Shown here: positions 46,293 to 55,557 of the stretch, in pieces
How positions within the stretch are numbered: position 1 is the first letter of the stretch
Layout: the number at the start of each line of letters is the position of its first letter
Assembly: GCA_016183325.1 (NCBI GenBank)
Contig: JACPEV010000009.1
Coordinates: 1,303 to 65,302 of the forward strand
Length of the DNA stretch: 64,000 nucleotides
Direction: 5' to 3'
From: Candidatus Curtissbacteria bacterium
GTDB taxonomy: Bacteria > Patescibacteriota > Microgenomatia > Curtissbacterales > GWA2-41-24
Notes under the pieces: model-generated
Databases searched by the model: none
What the model was told of the DNA's origin: nothing
Seen by the model: only the letters and a program-made list of their open reading frames with translations
Program-made: the position numbers and the translations under genes

Positions 46293-49202
46293 ATGATTCA
46301 CCAAATAAGTATTACCGCAAAAAGCAAGAAAGATCCTCTAGGGCAGGATTTACTCGCCGAGATTAAAAGAACACTGGGGATTAACAATATTAAAAACATA
46401 AGAACAGCCAAAATTTACAGACTTCAAGGTGTAAGCTTAAAAAAAGCCCAAGAATTTACCCAAAAAGTTTTATTCGAGCCGATTGATCAAGTAATGTCTT
46501 TTGACAAACCATTATTCAATGATGCTGGTCAAAAAATTGAGGTCGCCTACAAACTTGGGGTTATGAATCCTGAAGTTGGATCGCTACTTAAGTCGGCAAT
46601 TGACCTTGGTATCAATCTGGAAGCGGCGGACGCTTCTCGTCAGTACGCTTTTTATGGAGGTCTGACAAAGGAACAACTTGCAGAGATTGCCGTCAGACTT
46701 TTAGTTAACAAAACTGTTGAGCAAATCATCGAAAAACCTCCGAAAAATCTTATTATCACTGGCAAGGTCCAAAAAACAGAAAAAATTCTGATCAGAAATA
46801 TGAACGATAGTCAACTAGTAAAGCTTTCAAAAGACAAGCTATTTCTCAACTTAGAAGAAATGAAAGTAATACAAAATTATTTTAAAAAAATAAAAAGGGA
46901 TCCTACCGATTGTGAAATTGAAGTTCTTGCCCAAACATGGAGCGAACATTGTGTGCATAAAACTTTCAAAGCCAAACTCATTGTCGATGGCAAAGTCAAA
47001 AAACCGTTAATTGAGAGGATTAAGGCAACTATCAAAAACAACCCCAAAATTGTAGTCTCCGCTTTTGTCGACAATGCCGGTGTCATCGATTTTTATGACG
47101 GTTTTGCCATAAACGGCAAAGTCGAAACTCACAATTCTCCATCAGCAATCGAACCTTATGGTGGGGCAATGACCGGTTCCGGAGGTGTTTTTCGCGACAT
47201 CCTTGGGACTGGGCAAGGAGCAAAAGTTGTCGCATCAACCGACATTTTTTGTTTTGCGCCTCCCAATACGTCTTCAAAATTAATTCCCCCGGGCTGTCTT
47301 CCTCCGGACTATCTTTTAAGAAAGGTTGTTGCCGGCGTTCGAGATTACGGGAATAGAGTTGGCATTCCCACCAACAACGGGTCAGTCCATTTTCATCAAG
47401 ATTTTCGTGCCAAGCCCACAGTTGCCGCAGGCGCTTACGGCATTGTTCCCAAAAAACAAGCAAAAAAACAATGGCCCAAAAAGGGTGATCTTATTTTGAC
47501 TATTGGAGGCCGAACTGGTCGTGATGGTATCCATGGCGCTACTTTTTCTTCAGGCGAAATGACCGACCGCACAATTTCAGTTTCCGGCTCGGCAGTTCAG
47601 ATCGGCAACGCTATTGAAGAAAAAAGAATGATCGATGCCATCCTGACACTTCGTCAAAATGGTTTAGTCAGAACATTAACCGACTGCGGCGCCGGCGGTT
47701 ACTCATCGGCAGTTGGCGAAATGGGCCAAAAAATTGGCGCCCGAGTTTATCTTGAAAAAGTTCTTCTCAAATATACTGGTCTTGCTCCTTGGGAAATATT
47801 TCTTTCCGAATCGCAAGAGCGCATGGTACTTTGTGTTTCGCCCCGTCAGATTAAAAAAGTTAAAGAAATTTGCCAACTTTACAACGTCGAAGTAACCGCA
47901 ATCGGCAAGTTTGACGGTTCAAAAAGGCTTAAGGTTCTTTATAAAGATCAAGTAGTTTGCGATCTTGCGATGAAATTTTTACATGAAGGTCTTCCTCAAA
48001 GAAAAATGATAGGAACGACCGCAAAAAAACAAATCAAAGAAAAATTACCGGCAAAAAATATCGACCTTGAAAATATCTGGCAAAAGATCATGTCTCATGG
48101 CAATGTTTGCTCAAAAGAGCCAATAGTAAGAATGTATGATCATACAGTCCAAGGCACAAGCTCCCTGCCACCTCTTTGCGGGGTCAATCAGGATGCTCCA
48201 AATGACGGAGCAGTTATTCGCCCTATTTTAAAAAAACCATATGGCCTGGTTATAACTCACGGATTGAATCCCTCCCTGAATAAAATCGATCCTTATAAAG
48301 GCAGTATTTGGGCGATACTTGAAGCGGTATCAAACTATGTTGCAGTCGGTGGCAATTTAAAGGACGCTGCCTTAATAGACAATTTTATCTGGTCATTTCC
48401 AGACGAAAAAAGTCTTGCCGATTTGGACAAATCGGTTGATGCTTGTATCAAAATGGCCAAAATTTTAAAAATGCCTTTCGTTTCCGGCAAAGACAGTCTT
48501 TCATCAACGTACAGATTTAGAGATGGCCGAATTTTAAAAATTCCACCTGTTCTTTTAATTTCCGTTTTTGGAAAAATTCCTGATGTCAACAAAACCGTCA
48601 GCTCTGACTTTAAGAAAATTGGATCTACAATAGTTTTAGTTGGCAAACCGGATATCAATAACCTTGGTGGCACAGTTTACTTTGATCTAACAGACTCAAC
48701 GAGTCCCAATGTTTCAAGTCCTGATCTTCAACCTACAACAAAAGTTCTTTCGACAATCACTTCAGTGATTCGAAACGGTGAAGTAATGTCTGTCCATGAT
48801 ATTTCTGAAGGAGGACTTGCAGGATCACTCGCCGAAATGTGCTTTGGGGGTGATTGTGGAGCTAAGATCGATTTAGCTAACATTAAAAATTATCAAAAAA
48901 TTCGCTATAGCAAAAAAATGGAAAATAGTGTCAATGTAACCGACACCCCCGGGGTGGGCAAAACAAGACCGGACTTTATTTTATTTAATGAAACCCCAGG
49001 AACCTTTTTGGTAGAAGTGGCAAATCCCCAACTTGCTCAAAAACTTTTTGCCAAAGTCCCTCACTATATTCTTGGACAGACCATAGCAGATCAATCAATT
49101 ATCGTCGCGCAGGGATCTAAAAAAATTGTCAGAATTGATGTCGGTAAACTTAAACAATCGTGGCAAAAGCCAATGAAAGAAATATTTCATTATGAAGCCT
49201 AA
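46293..49202 (+). CDS. purL: Phosphoribosylformylglycinamidine synthase, PurS-like N-terminal domain fused to PurL
   Basis: 969 aa; N-terminal ~80 aa PurS-like, then PurL AIR-synthase-related domains (VEXHNSPSAIEPYGGA, DCGAGG). Confidence 0.85.
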   Translation: MIHQISITAKSKKDPLGQDLLAEIKRTLGINNIKNIRTAKIYRLQGVSLKKAQEFTQKVLFEPIDQVMSFDKPLFNDAGQKIEVAYKLGVMNPEVGSLLKSAIDLGINLEAADASRQYAFYGGLTKEQLAEIAVRLLVNKTVEQIIEKPPKNLIITGKVQKTEKILIRNMNDSQLVKLSKDKLFLNLEEMKVIQNYFKKIKRDPTDCEIEVLAQTWSEHCVHKTFKAKLIVDGKVKKPLIERIKATIKNNPKIVVSAFVDNAGVIDFYDGFAINGKVETHNSPSAIEPYGGAMTGSGGVFRDILGTGQGAKVVASTDIFCFAPPNTSSKLIPPGCLPPDYLLRKVVAGVRDYGNRVGIPTNNGSVHFHQDFRAKPTVAAGAYGIVPKKQAKKQWPKKGDLILTIGGRTGRDGIHGATFSSGEMTDRTISVSGSAVQIGNAIEEKRMIDAILTLRQNGLVRTLTDCGAGGYSSAVGEMGQKIGARVYLEKVLLKYTGLAPWEIFLSESQERMVLCVSPRQIKKVKEICQLYNVEVTAIGKFDGSKRLKVLYKDQVVCDLAMKFLHEGLPQRKMIGTTAKKQIKEKLPAKNIDLENIWQKIMSHGNVCSKEPIVRMYDHTVQGTSSLPPLCGVNQDAPNDGAVIRPILKKPYGLVITHGLNPSLNKIDPYKGSIWAILEAVSNYVAVGGNLKDAALIDNFIWSFPDEKSLADLDKSVDACIKMAKILKMPFVSGKDSLSSTYRFRDGRILKIPPVLLISVFGKIPDVNKTVSSDFKKIGSTIVLVGKPDINNLGGTVYFDLTDSTSPNVSSPDLQPTTKVLSTITSVIRNGEVMSVHDISEGGLAGSLAEMCFGGDCGAKIDLANIKNYQKIRYSKKMENSVNVTDTPGVGKTRPDFILFNETPGTFLVEVANPQLAQKLFAKVPHYILGQTIADQSIIVAQGSKKIVRIDVGKLKQSWQKPMKEIFHYEA
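48945..48958. repeat. In-frame palindrome cacccccggggtgg inside purL
   Basis: Third member of the caccccgggggtg family (encodes DTPGVG). Confidence 0.5.
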
Positions 49203-50016
49203 AGTTTGTATTTTAAGAACCGACGGTACCAATTGCGATGAAGAGCTCTTTTATGCCTTTGAGAAATTTGGCGCCGCTCCCCAGTATGTCCACGTCAATC
49301 AGCTAAGAGCTAAAAGCAAAAAGCTAAAGGCATTCCAGATTCTGGCCCTTCCCGGCGGTTTTTCTTATGGAGATGATGTCGCCTCCGGCAAAATTCTGGC
49401 TGTTGAGTTGATTTCATACCTCAAAGATCAACTTCAGGAATTTATCAGCAAAAATGGACTTGTGATCGGCATTTGTAATGGTTTTCAAACACTCGTGCGA
49501 ACTGGCCTTTTGCCATTTGGCCATTTAGGCAAGATGGAGGCAACTCTTGCCCAAAACGAAAGCGGTCATTTTGAATGTCGCTGGATCAGATTAAAAATCG
49601 AAAAAAGCCGCTGCCCCTTTTTAAATCTCTATCTCAAACCGGGTTTGCCTACGTATTCCAAACCCGGTTTGGATAATGGTTTGGAAAATGGCGTCTTTGA
49701 ATTGGCCGTTAATCATGGTGAAGGTCGCTTTTTCGCCAACAATGAAACAATTGCAACAATGGAACAATCAAATCTCGTTGTGTTTCGCTACGTTGATGGA
49801 AAAGGTAAACCAACTGGGCATTATCCCGAGAATCCCAATGGTTCAATCAACGCTATCGCTGGAGTCTGTGATCCAACCGGTAGAATCTTAGGCTTGATGC
49901 CCCATCCCGAAAAATTCGTCGACATTACTCAATACCCAAACTGGCGCCGGGGAAAAGTGACCGAACCCCATGGAGCCTTTATCTTTAAACAACTGATAAG
50001 ATTTGCCACTGTCTGA
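49192..50016 (+). CDS. purQ: Phosphoribosylformylglycinamidine synthase, glutamine amidotransferase subunit
   Basis: MKPKVCILRTDGTNCDEE...; GIC catalytic cysteine; overlaps the purL stop. Confidence 0.85.
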   Translation: MKPKVCILRTDGTNCDEELFYAFEKFGAAPQYVHVNQLRAKSKKLKAFQILALPGGFSYGDDVASGKILAVELISYLKDQLQEFISKNGLVIGICNGFQTLVRTGLLPFGHLGKMEATLAQNESGHFECRWIRLKIEKSRCPFLNLYLKPGLPTYSKPGLDNGLENGVFELAVNHGEGRFFANNETIATMEQSNLVVFRYVDGKGKPTGHYPENPNGSINAIAGVCDPTGRILGLMPHPEKFVDITQYPNWRRGKVTEPHGAFIFKQLIRFATV

Positions 50017-50044
50017 TACTATGATTTAAATCATTAGAACAAAC

Positions 50045-51145
50045 ATGAATAAGAAAATCACTTATTCCCAAGTTGGCGATGATTACGACACCAAAGATCC
50101 CATCAAAAAAATGGCCCAATTTTTCGCCCGCCAAACCATTATTAAAGATAAATCAGGATTTGTAGAACTGTCCAGCACTCGTGGAGAGTCGGCATTCGTT
50201 TGGCAGCAAGATGGTGTTTTTATGGCTTCCGTTGTTGAAGGCCTTGGTACCAAAAATCTCGTTGCCGACGACATGCGAAAAATCACAGGTAAAACTTACT
50301 ACGATGTCATCGGTCATGATACCGTCGCCACCATCATCAATGATTTGATTACCGTCGGTGCCAAACCTCGCGTTATCCATGCTTATTGGGCAATTGAGGA
50401 TAACAGTTGGCTCCAAGATCACCAGCGTATGACGGATTTTATTACCGGTTGGCGAGATGCTTGCAAAATTTCAATGGCCACATGGGGAGGAGGAGAAACA
50501 CCAACATTAAAAGGGGTTATAGAAAAAGACACAGTGGATCTTGGGGGATCAGCTATTGGAGTAATAGAAGACAAAAAAAGATTGATTACAGATAAAAAAC
50601 TAAAAGCGGGGGATAGAATAGTATTTCTTAAAAGTAACGGTATCAATTGCAACGGCCTATCTCTTGCCCGCGCCGTTGCCAAAAAGTTTCCGAAAGGTTA
50701 CGCCACAAAAATGTCCGATGGTCAGGTGTACGGAGAGGCACTTCTTACCAAAACCAATATCTACGCCAAACTAATTCAAGATTTACTAAATGCCGGCATT
50801 GATATCCATTATATTTCCAACATCACAGGTCACGGACTTAGAAAAATTATGAGGGCAAGAAGCAATTTTACTTATGTAATCGAGAAACTTTTTGAGCCCC
50901 AAGAAGTTTTCCTTTTTACCCAAAAACATGCCAACTTAACGGACGACGAAATATATCAAACACTCAACATGGGTCAGGATTATGCAATATTTCTTTCCCC
51001 AAAAGATATTAAAAAAGCACAGGAAATTATCGCTAAAAATAAATCCCAAAGTCTCGACGCAGGTTATGTTAAAGTCGGTCCCCGCCAAGTCAAAATCCTT
51101 CAAAAAAACATCACCTACAAATCAGAAACCTTAGATTTACGATAA
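50045..51145 (+). CDS. purM: Phosphoribosylformylglycinamidine cyclo-ligase (AIR synthase)-like
   Basis: AIR synthase-related N- and C-domains. Confidence 0.75.
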   Translation: MNKKITYSQVGDDYDTKDPIKKMAQFFARQTIIKDKSGFVELSSTRGESAFVWQQDGVFMASVVEGLGTKNLVADDMRKITGKTYYDVIGHDTVATIINDLITVGAKPRVIHAYWAIEDNSWLQDHQRMTDFITGWRDACKISMATWGGGETPTLKGVIEKDTVDLGGSAIGVIEDKKRLITDKKLKAGDRIVFLKSNGINCNGLSLARAVAKKFPKGYATKMSDGQVYGEALLTKTNIYAKLIQDLLNAGIDIHYISNITGHGLRKIMRARSNFTYVIEKLFEPQEVFLFTQKHANLTDDEIYQTLNMGQDYAIFLSPKDIKKAQEIIAKNKSQSLDAGYVKVGPRQVKILQKNITYKSETLDLR

Positions 51146-51162
51146 TGTGCTAAAGTACACCT

Positions 51163-51444
51163 ATGAAGAGCAAGCTGGCTAAAAAACAAAGAGAAAAAAT
51201 CATGAAACAATTTGGGGGTAGGATGCCCACCAAAGAAGAGATTTTCGAAAAGATCAAAGCCTCACAAGAGAGAATGATGCAAGCATTAGCGGGAGCTGCA
51301 AGAACCGCTCCCGACGATCCCGAGACAAGAAAACAGCTTTTAGAAGTTATCGAAAGAGCCTCAAAACTCAGGGGCAAAATCTATGAGCAAGTTTTAAAAG
51401 AAAAACCACCAAAAATCCGCGAAAACCCCGACGAATCAAACTAA
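51163..51444 (+). CDS. Hypothetical protein (93 aa)
   Basis: ORF only. Confidence 0.4.
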   Translation: MKSKLAKKQREKIMKQFGGRMPTKEEIFEKIKASQERMMQALAGAARTAPDDPETRKQLLEVIERASKLRGKIYEQVLKEKPPKIRENPDESN

Positions 51445-51506
51445 ATTTTATTCAGACTTCTATACCTAATCAAGGATAGCTTATTGTAAATCTGAAACTT
51501 ATGAAC

Positions 51507-51540
51507 CATCACACTCGATGACATATCACAGAGCGTGATG
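51507..51540. promoter_or_regulatory. 34-bp imperfect palindrome overlapping the putative promoter (-10 ttataat at 51541-51547) of the PaaX-like gene
   Basis: ccatcacactcgatgacatatcacagagcgtgatg; related copy immediately after the gene stop. Confidence 0.5.
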
Positions 51541-51564
51541 TTATAATCCGATCTGCAGAACATT

Positions 51565-52140
51565 ATGAAAGTAGATCCAAAACGAAAAGAAGTTTTAACA
51601 ATGTTAGGTCTTGGTGTATTTCTTTCCGTAAGCATTATCTTCCCGGGACTACCGTTAATAACTAAAAAAATTCTCGACATCGCGCAAGAAGAAGAAATAA
51701 GGAAAAAGCAAAAAGATTGGGATAAATTCAACTTATGGCGCCTTCGGCAGTTAATAAAAAGGATGCAGGATTCAAAATATATTGAAATCAAAGAAGAAAA
51801 TGGAATTCCAATTATCAAAATAACACAAAAAGGTAAAAACAAGCTCTTGAGTTATGATTTGGAAAAGTTAAAGCTCAATGAAACTAAATGGGATGGTAGA
51901 TGGAGACTGATTATATATGACGTTCAAAAATCAAAAAGGGCAAACAGTGAAACATTCAGAAGAGCATTGTTGAGGTTGAACTTACTAAAATTACAAAAAA
52001 GCGTCTACTTGACACCATTTAAATGCGAGGACGAAATTGAATATCTCAGATTACTTTTTGATATAGGTAAAGAAGTACAAATTTTGACTGTAGGAAGCTT
52101 GGAAAACGAATCTGCCTACAGACGCTACTTCGGAATCTAA
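51565..52140 (+). CDS. PaaX-family-like transcriptional regulator (wHTH + PaaX_C-like domain)
   Basis: WDGRWRLIIYDVQKSKRANSETFRRALLRLNLLKLQKSVYLTPF resembles the PaaX C-domain (WdGrW.lv.yslPe..R..R..lrr.L.w.GFg.l..gvWisP); N-terminal KEVLTMLGLGVF... and YIEIKEENGIPIIKITQKGKNKL resemble a winged helix. Confidence 0.5.
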   Translation: MKVDPKRKEVLTMLGLGVFLSVSIIFPGLPLITKKILDIAQEEEIRKKQKDWDKFNLWRLRQLIKRMQDSKYIEIKEENGIPIIKITQKGKNKLLSYDLEKLKLNETKWDGRWRLIIYDVQKSKRANSETFRRALLRLNLLKLQKSVYLTPFKCEDEIEYLRLLFDIGKEVQILTVGSLENESAYRRYFGI

Positions 52141-52141
52141 C

Positions 52142-52179
52142 ACCATCACACTCCGTGATATGTCACAATACGTGATGGT
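52142..52179. promoter_or_regulatory. 38-bp imperfect palindrome immediately after the PaaX-like gene stop (second copy of the operator-like element, or a terminator hairpin)
   Basis: accatcacactccgtgatatgtcacaatacgtgatggt; shares the ccatcacactc and cgtgatg arms with 51507-51540, with an inverted core. Confidence 0.5.
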
Positions 52180-52240
52180 ATTGTGATTGACGTTTTTCGG
52201 CAATGACGCCCTAGAAGTCACAAGGAAAGTAAATTAAACC

Positions 52241-52702
52241 TTAGTTGTTATTTACCAAACACTTTTCAAACCTTATTTTCTCATCAGCCGTCAATACAGA
52301 AGTATTTTCGGCAACAATCAAATTCTTAATGGAAGTATCTGAGAGCGCATTTTTGACACAGGCAATATTAACTCTTCCCACTCTCGGAATATTTGCTTCA
52401 GTCGGCTGCTGTTTTTCAGCCTGTTGTTGTTCTTGTGCTTGTGGTTGTTGAACTTGTCCATCTTTGATTTGTCCAGTTCCAGCCCCATTTGCACCTAAAA
52501 CTTTGTTAAAAGTGCCGTTTCTAAAGTTTTGAATAACAAAGATGGAAAGTGATCCTCCTAAAAAGATCCAAATTGCCATCGATAAAACCATCATCAAAAC
52601 AAATATTCTCCTGAAAAATGGAAGCAGATTTAGTCTAAAAGAAGTTTTAGATATCGCCTTTAATCTTTTTTGAAATTTTTTTAACAATTTCTCTGCCTTC
52701 AT
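52241..52702 (-). CDS. Membrane-anchored small protein, paralog A (153 aa; TM anchor, Gln-rich linker, 2-Cys C-terminal domain)
   Basis: Paralog of 54446-54853: IPRVGRVNIACVKNALSDTSIKNLI...ADEKIRFEKCLV vs LSGIGKVKVDCVQSALSSDSIQKMV...DEEKAKLEPCIL. Confidence 0.55.
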   Translation of the reverse strand: MKAEKLLKKFQKRLKAISKTSFRLNLLPFFRRIFVLMMVLSMAIWIFLGGSLSIFVIQNFRNGTFNKVLGANGAGTGQIKDGQVQQPQAQEQQQAEKQQPTEANIPRVGRVNIACVKNALSDTSIKNLIVAENTSVLTADEKIRFEKCLVNNN

Positions 52703-52867
52703 AAAACTCGGGCAGAAGAAAATCTAGGAGTTGCAACACTCTATCAGAAACTATTTCATTCGTCAAATATGCTTGTTTTCCTGATATTTTCAAGAATATT
52801 AGGATAAAATTTATTATGGACAATTAGCCTGAAAGTCACACAGATGATTTAAAGAAAAAGTGCCAAG

Positions 52868-53167
52868 CTAAGTCAAATGGAATGTGAACTGTTGATAAAA
52901 ATCTATCCTTTCATTTTCAACACTATCCGTCTTTCTGTGCATCACATGGACAATCTCGAGATCATTCGGGTTTATTATCAAATCAGCTTCCTCTTTAGCC
53001 TCCCGGCAGATTGCAACGGTTGCCGATTCATCACCATTTAGATGTCCGGAAACCAAAGTATAATTGCCGTCCTCCCATCCCGTATTAAAACGTCTGAGCA
53101 AAAGTATCTTATTATTCCGGGCTAAGATTAAAAATACTGCAGGAATTAATTTAAATCTACTAGGCAT
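52868..53167 (-). CDS. NUDIX hydrolase, truncated (99 aa)
   Basis: Nudix box GHLNGDESATVAICREAKEEAD; too short for a full NUDIX domain. Confidence 0.5.
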   Translation of the reverse strand: MPSRFKLIPAVFLILARNNKILLLRRFNTGWEDGNYTLVSGHLNGDESATVAICREAKEEADLIINPNDLEIVHVMHRKTDSVENERIDFYQQFTFHLT

Positions 53168-53292
53168 ATAAATGCGGTCGTAATACTTTATAAAGGGAAT
53201 AAGGCATCACTGCCATTTATTAGTTCTTTATAAATATTATCGTTCAGGTCAACCTAAAAAGGAGCACAACCACAGTTCTTATTTATTCAGAA

Positions 53293-53655
53293 TTATATCT
53301 TAATCGCTTTGCCAACAAAATCATCAGGATCTTTACCGGAAATAAAATTTGTGACAAGTTTATCTATTTCCTCATTCGATAATTGAGATTCAATTCCTAA
53401 AATACCTGGTTTTCCTATTTTCACCAATTTCTTAAAATCTTTAAGATTAACCGTCAGGACGAATCTGTTTTCCTCTATTGCTTTCTGGTAAATTTCTTTG
53501 TCCTCAGCTTGAATTGGTAAGTGGCAATCATGAACAGAATGAGAAACGTTTGCCTTTTTTGAAAGTTTTGGAAATTGCCCAGGTTTTGCAAAAGCCGAAT
53601 CTAATAGAATTCTGAATTTTCTTGGGTGCCTTTTGGGGGTTTTATTTCTGCGCAA
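53293..53655 (-). CDS. DUF5615-like protein (PIN-like putative toxin of the DUF433/DUF5615 pair)
   Basis: FRILLDSAFAKP...HSVHDC...EDKEIYQKAIEENRFVLTVNLKDFKKL fits the DUF5615 pattern. Confidence 0.55.
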   Translation of the reverse strand: MRRNKTPKRHPRKFRILLDSAFAKPGQFPKLSKKANVSHSVHDCHLPIQAEDKEIYQKAIEENRFVLTVNLKDFKKLVKIGKPGILGIESQLSNEEIDKLVTNFISGKDPDDFVGKAIKI

Positions 53656-53983
53656 GTTGCTTTTGGTAATAAGTAAAGATCGTCAGCAAATCTTTTTTAG
53701 TTAGATCGAGATATGGGTAGTCTTCCTTGAAGTCTTTTATTTTGTATCCCTGAACATAAAGCGCCACAATACGCGCAATAGGAATCCTTGTCCCCTTAAT
53801 TACCGGTTGTCCTCCTAAAATTCTTGGATTAGTCTGAATAATGTCTGGCATAGTAATATTATACACGCAACTTGCAACCATCTGCTGGCCGACTTTTTCG
53901 GATTTTTCTAAAGCTGATAATTTTTGTCTTCTGAGGCAGCCGTTATCAGTTCTCTGGTTTTGGCTACCCGGCTCAGTGGGCAA
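53642..53983 (-). CDS. DUF433-like protein (putative antitoxin partner); true start probably internal (~53851 or ~53881)
   Basis: NPRILGGQPVIKGTRIPIARIVALYVQGYKIKDFKEDYPYLDLTKKDLLTIFTYY fits DUF433; 14-nt overlap with the downstream DUF5615 gene. Confidence 0.55.
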   Translation of the reverse strand: MPTEPGSQNQRTDNGCLRRQKLSALEKSEKVGQQMVASCVYNITMPDIIQTNPRILGGQPVIKGTRIPIARIVALYVQGYKIKDFKEDYPYLDLTKKDLLTIFTYYQKQLAQK

Positions 53984-54046
53984 TTGTCAAAAATAAAAGA
54001 GAAATATATCAGATTGTTCTGAAAACAAAGCTGATATAATTAACCC

Positions 54047-54460
54047 ATGGCAAATTCGCAAAAACCAAACGTCGAAGAGCTCAAGAACAAGCTCACGCCC
54101 GAGCAATATAACATTTGTTTCTTAAAAGGCACGGAGCCTCCGTTTAGCGGAAAGTACACTGACAACTTTGACAAAGGCATATATCACTGCGTCGTTTGCG
54201 ACACGCCGCTTTTCTACTCGACTGCCAAATTCCACTCCGATTCCGGCTGGCCAAGCTTTGATCGACCCATCGACAAAAAAAACATTAAATACGAAAAAGA
54301 CTCAAGTCTTGGCATGGAAAGGACCGAAATTATCTGCAAAACTTGTGGCGCACATTTGGGCCATGTTTTTGACGATGGCCCAACCGCAACGAAAAAAAGA
54401 TATTGCATCAATTCCCTGGCACTGGACTTTAGAGAAGAAAATTTATTAGCTAGAGGGTGA
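54047..54460 (+). CDS. msrB: Peptide methionine sulfoxide reductase MsrB
   Basis: CxxC...CxxC zinc site, GWPSF and RYCINS motifs. Confidence 0.9.
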   Translation: MANSQKPNVEELKNKLTPEQYNICFLKGTEPPFSGKYTDNFDKGIYHCVVCDTPLFYSTAKFHSDSGWPSFDRPIDKKNIKYEKDSSLGMERTEIICKTCGAHLGHVFDDGPTATKKRYCINSLALDFREENLLARG

Positions 54461-54853
54461 AGGGCTTGCGGCTTTTTCCAAGATACAAGGCTCAAGCTTT
54501 GCTTTTTCCTCGTCAGTCAAAGAATTCGTGCTACCCTCTTGAACCATTTTTTGTATCGAATCGGAACTCAAAGCGCTTTGAACACAATCAACTTTTACCT
54601 TGCCAATTCCCGACAAATTTACCTCAGATGGCACTTGTTGTGAGACCGCTTGTTGTTGGGGACCAGTTGAGTTGAAAATTTCTTGATATGCGCCCTGGCG
54701 CAAATTTGCATAGATAGAAAGCAAAACGAAAATGCCAACGACGATCCAGATTAAATGAAATATCAATGACAAAAATCTATCGACTGCCCAAAGTAACGGT
54801 TTTTTATGCGGCGCTGGTTCTGACACAATTTCTTTAACTGTATTTCTTGCCAT
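54446..54853 (-). CDS. Membrane-anchored small protein, paralog B (135 aa)
   Basis: See 52241-52702; same architecture and conserved Cys pair. Confidence 0.55.
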   Translation of the reverse strand: MARNTVKEIVSEPAPHKKPLLWAVDRFLSLIFHLIWIVVGIFVLLSIYANLRQGAYQEIFNSTGPQQQAVSQQVPSEVNLSGIGKVKVDCVQSALSSDSIQKMVQEGSTNSLTDEEKAKLEPCILEKAASPSPSS

Positions 54854-54910
54854 ATTCCTGAAAGCCTAAACTATTAAAGAATTAAAATCAAGTCCCAAAT
54901 TTCCAGAAAT

Positions 54911-55348
54911 TTACAAAATATAGGGGATGAATTTTTTGGTTTTATTTTTATAATCCGCATATTCCGGATGCTTGGCGATCAACATTACCTCTTCCATGTC
55001 TGCCTTTAGATTTAAAACATAAATCAAAAATAACCAGATCAAAAACGATTCTAATCTCAACTGAGAAAGCACCAATCCCAGCCCCATCACAACCATCCCC
55101 GTATACATTGGATGACGCACGTATCTATACAAACCCTTTTGTTGGAAAGTTCGGCCTTCTCTCGGTTCCGGGTAAGGAGAATATGACTTAATACCGATAT
55201 TAAAAAATCCGGCCACTAAAATCCCGGCTCCCAAACCAAAAATCAAAGACAGTACTAGATCTTTGGCAATATTGCCTAAATCTCCCAGAAAGAAAAGCAA
55301 CCCCAAAAATATTACCTGAAGATAGATAATCCAACGATTATCGTGCAT
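54911..55348 (-). CDS. Isoprenylcysteine carboxyl methyltransferase (ICMT/PEMT) family membrane protein
   Basis: YRYVRHPMYTGMVVMGLGL ICMT signature; 4 TM segments. Confidence 0.7.
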   Translation of the reverse strand: MHDNRWIIYLQVIFLGLLFFLGDLGNIAKDLVLSLIFGLGAGILVAGFFNIGIKSYSPYPEPREGRTFQQKGLYRYVRHPMYTGMVVMGLGLVLSQLRLESFLIWLFLIYVLNLKADMEEVMLIAKHPEYADYKNKTKKFIPYIL

Positions 55349-55392
55349 TTGTCTCCTAGAAAAACAATATCACAGGAATTTGCCCATAACAA

Positions 55393-55506
55393 GTAACTGT
55401 TCACCGTTACTGACACAACGCATATTGTTCGAGGCTGAAAGCCGAGAACTAAACTTCTCGCTCACGCTCGAAGAGTAATAACGTGTCAGCGATTGTGAAC
55501 TCTTAC
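55393..55506 (+). repeat. 114-bp exact repeat, copy B
   Basis: Identical to 29079-29192; 51 nt upstream of purP-1. Confidence 0.85.
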
Positions 55507-55557
55507 CATAACAACTCAAACTTTGCAATTTGGCGAAAATGTGTTTAAAATACGTCA

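Noticed and set aside
51565-52140. Membrane-anchored Cas2-like protein
   Set aside because: The WRLIIYDV...VYL segment initially suggested Cas2, but the full motif (WDGRW...LTPF) and the N-terminal wHTH-like region fit PaaX-family regulators better. There is no CRISPR array or other cas genes in the window.
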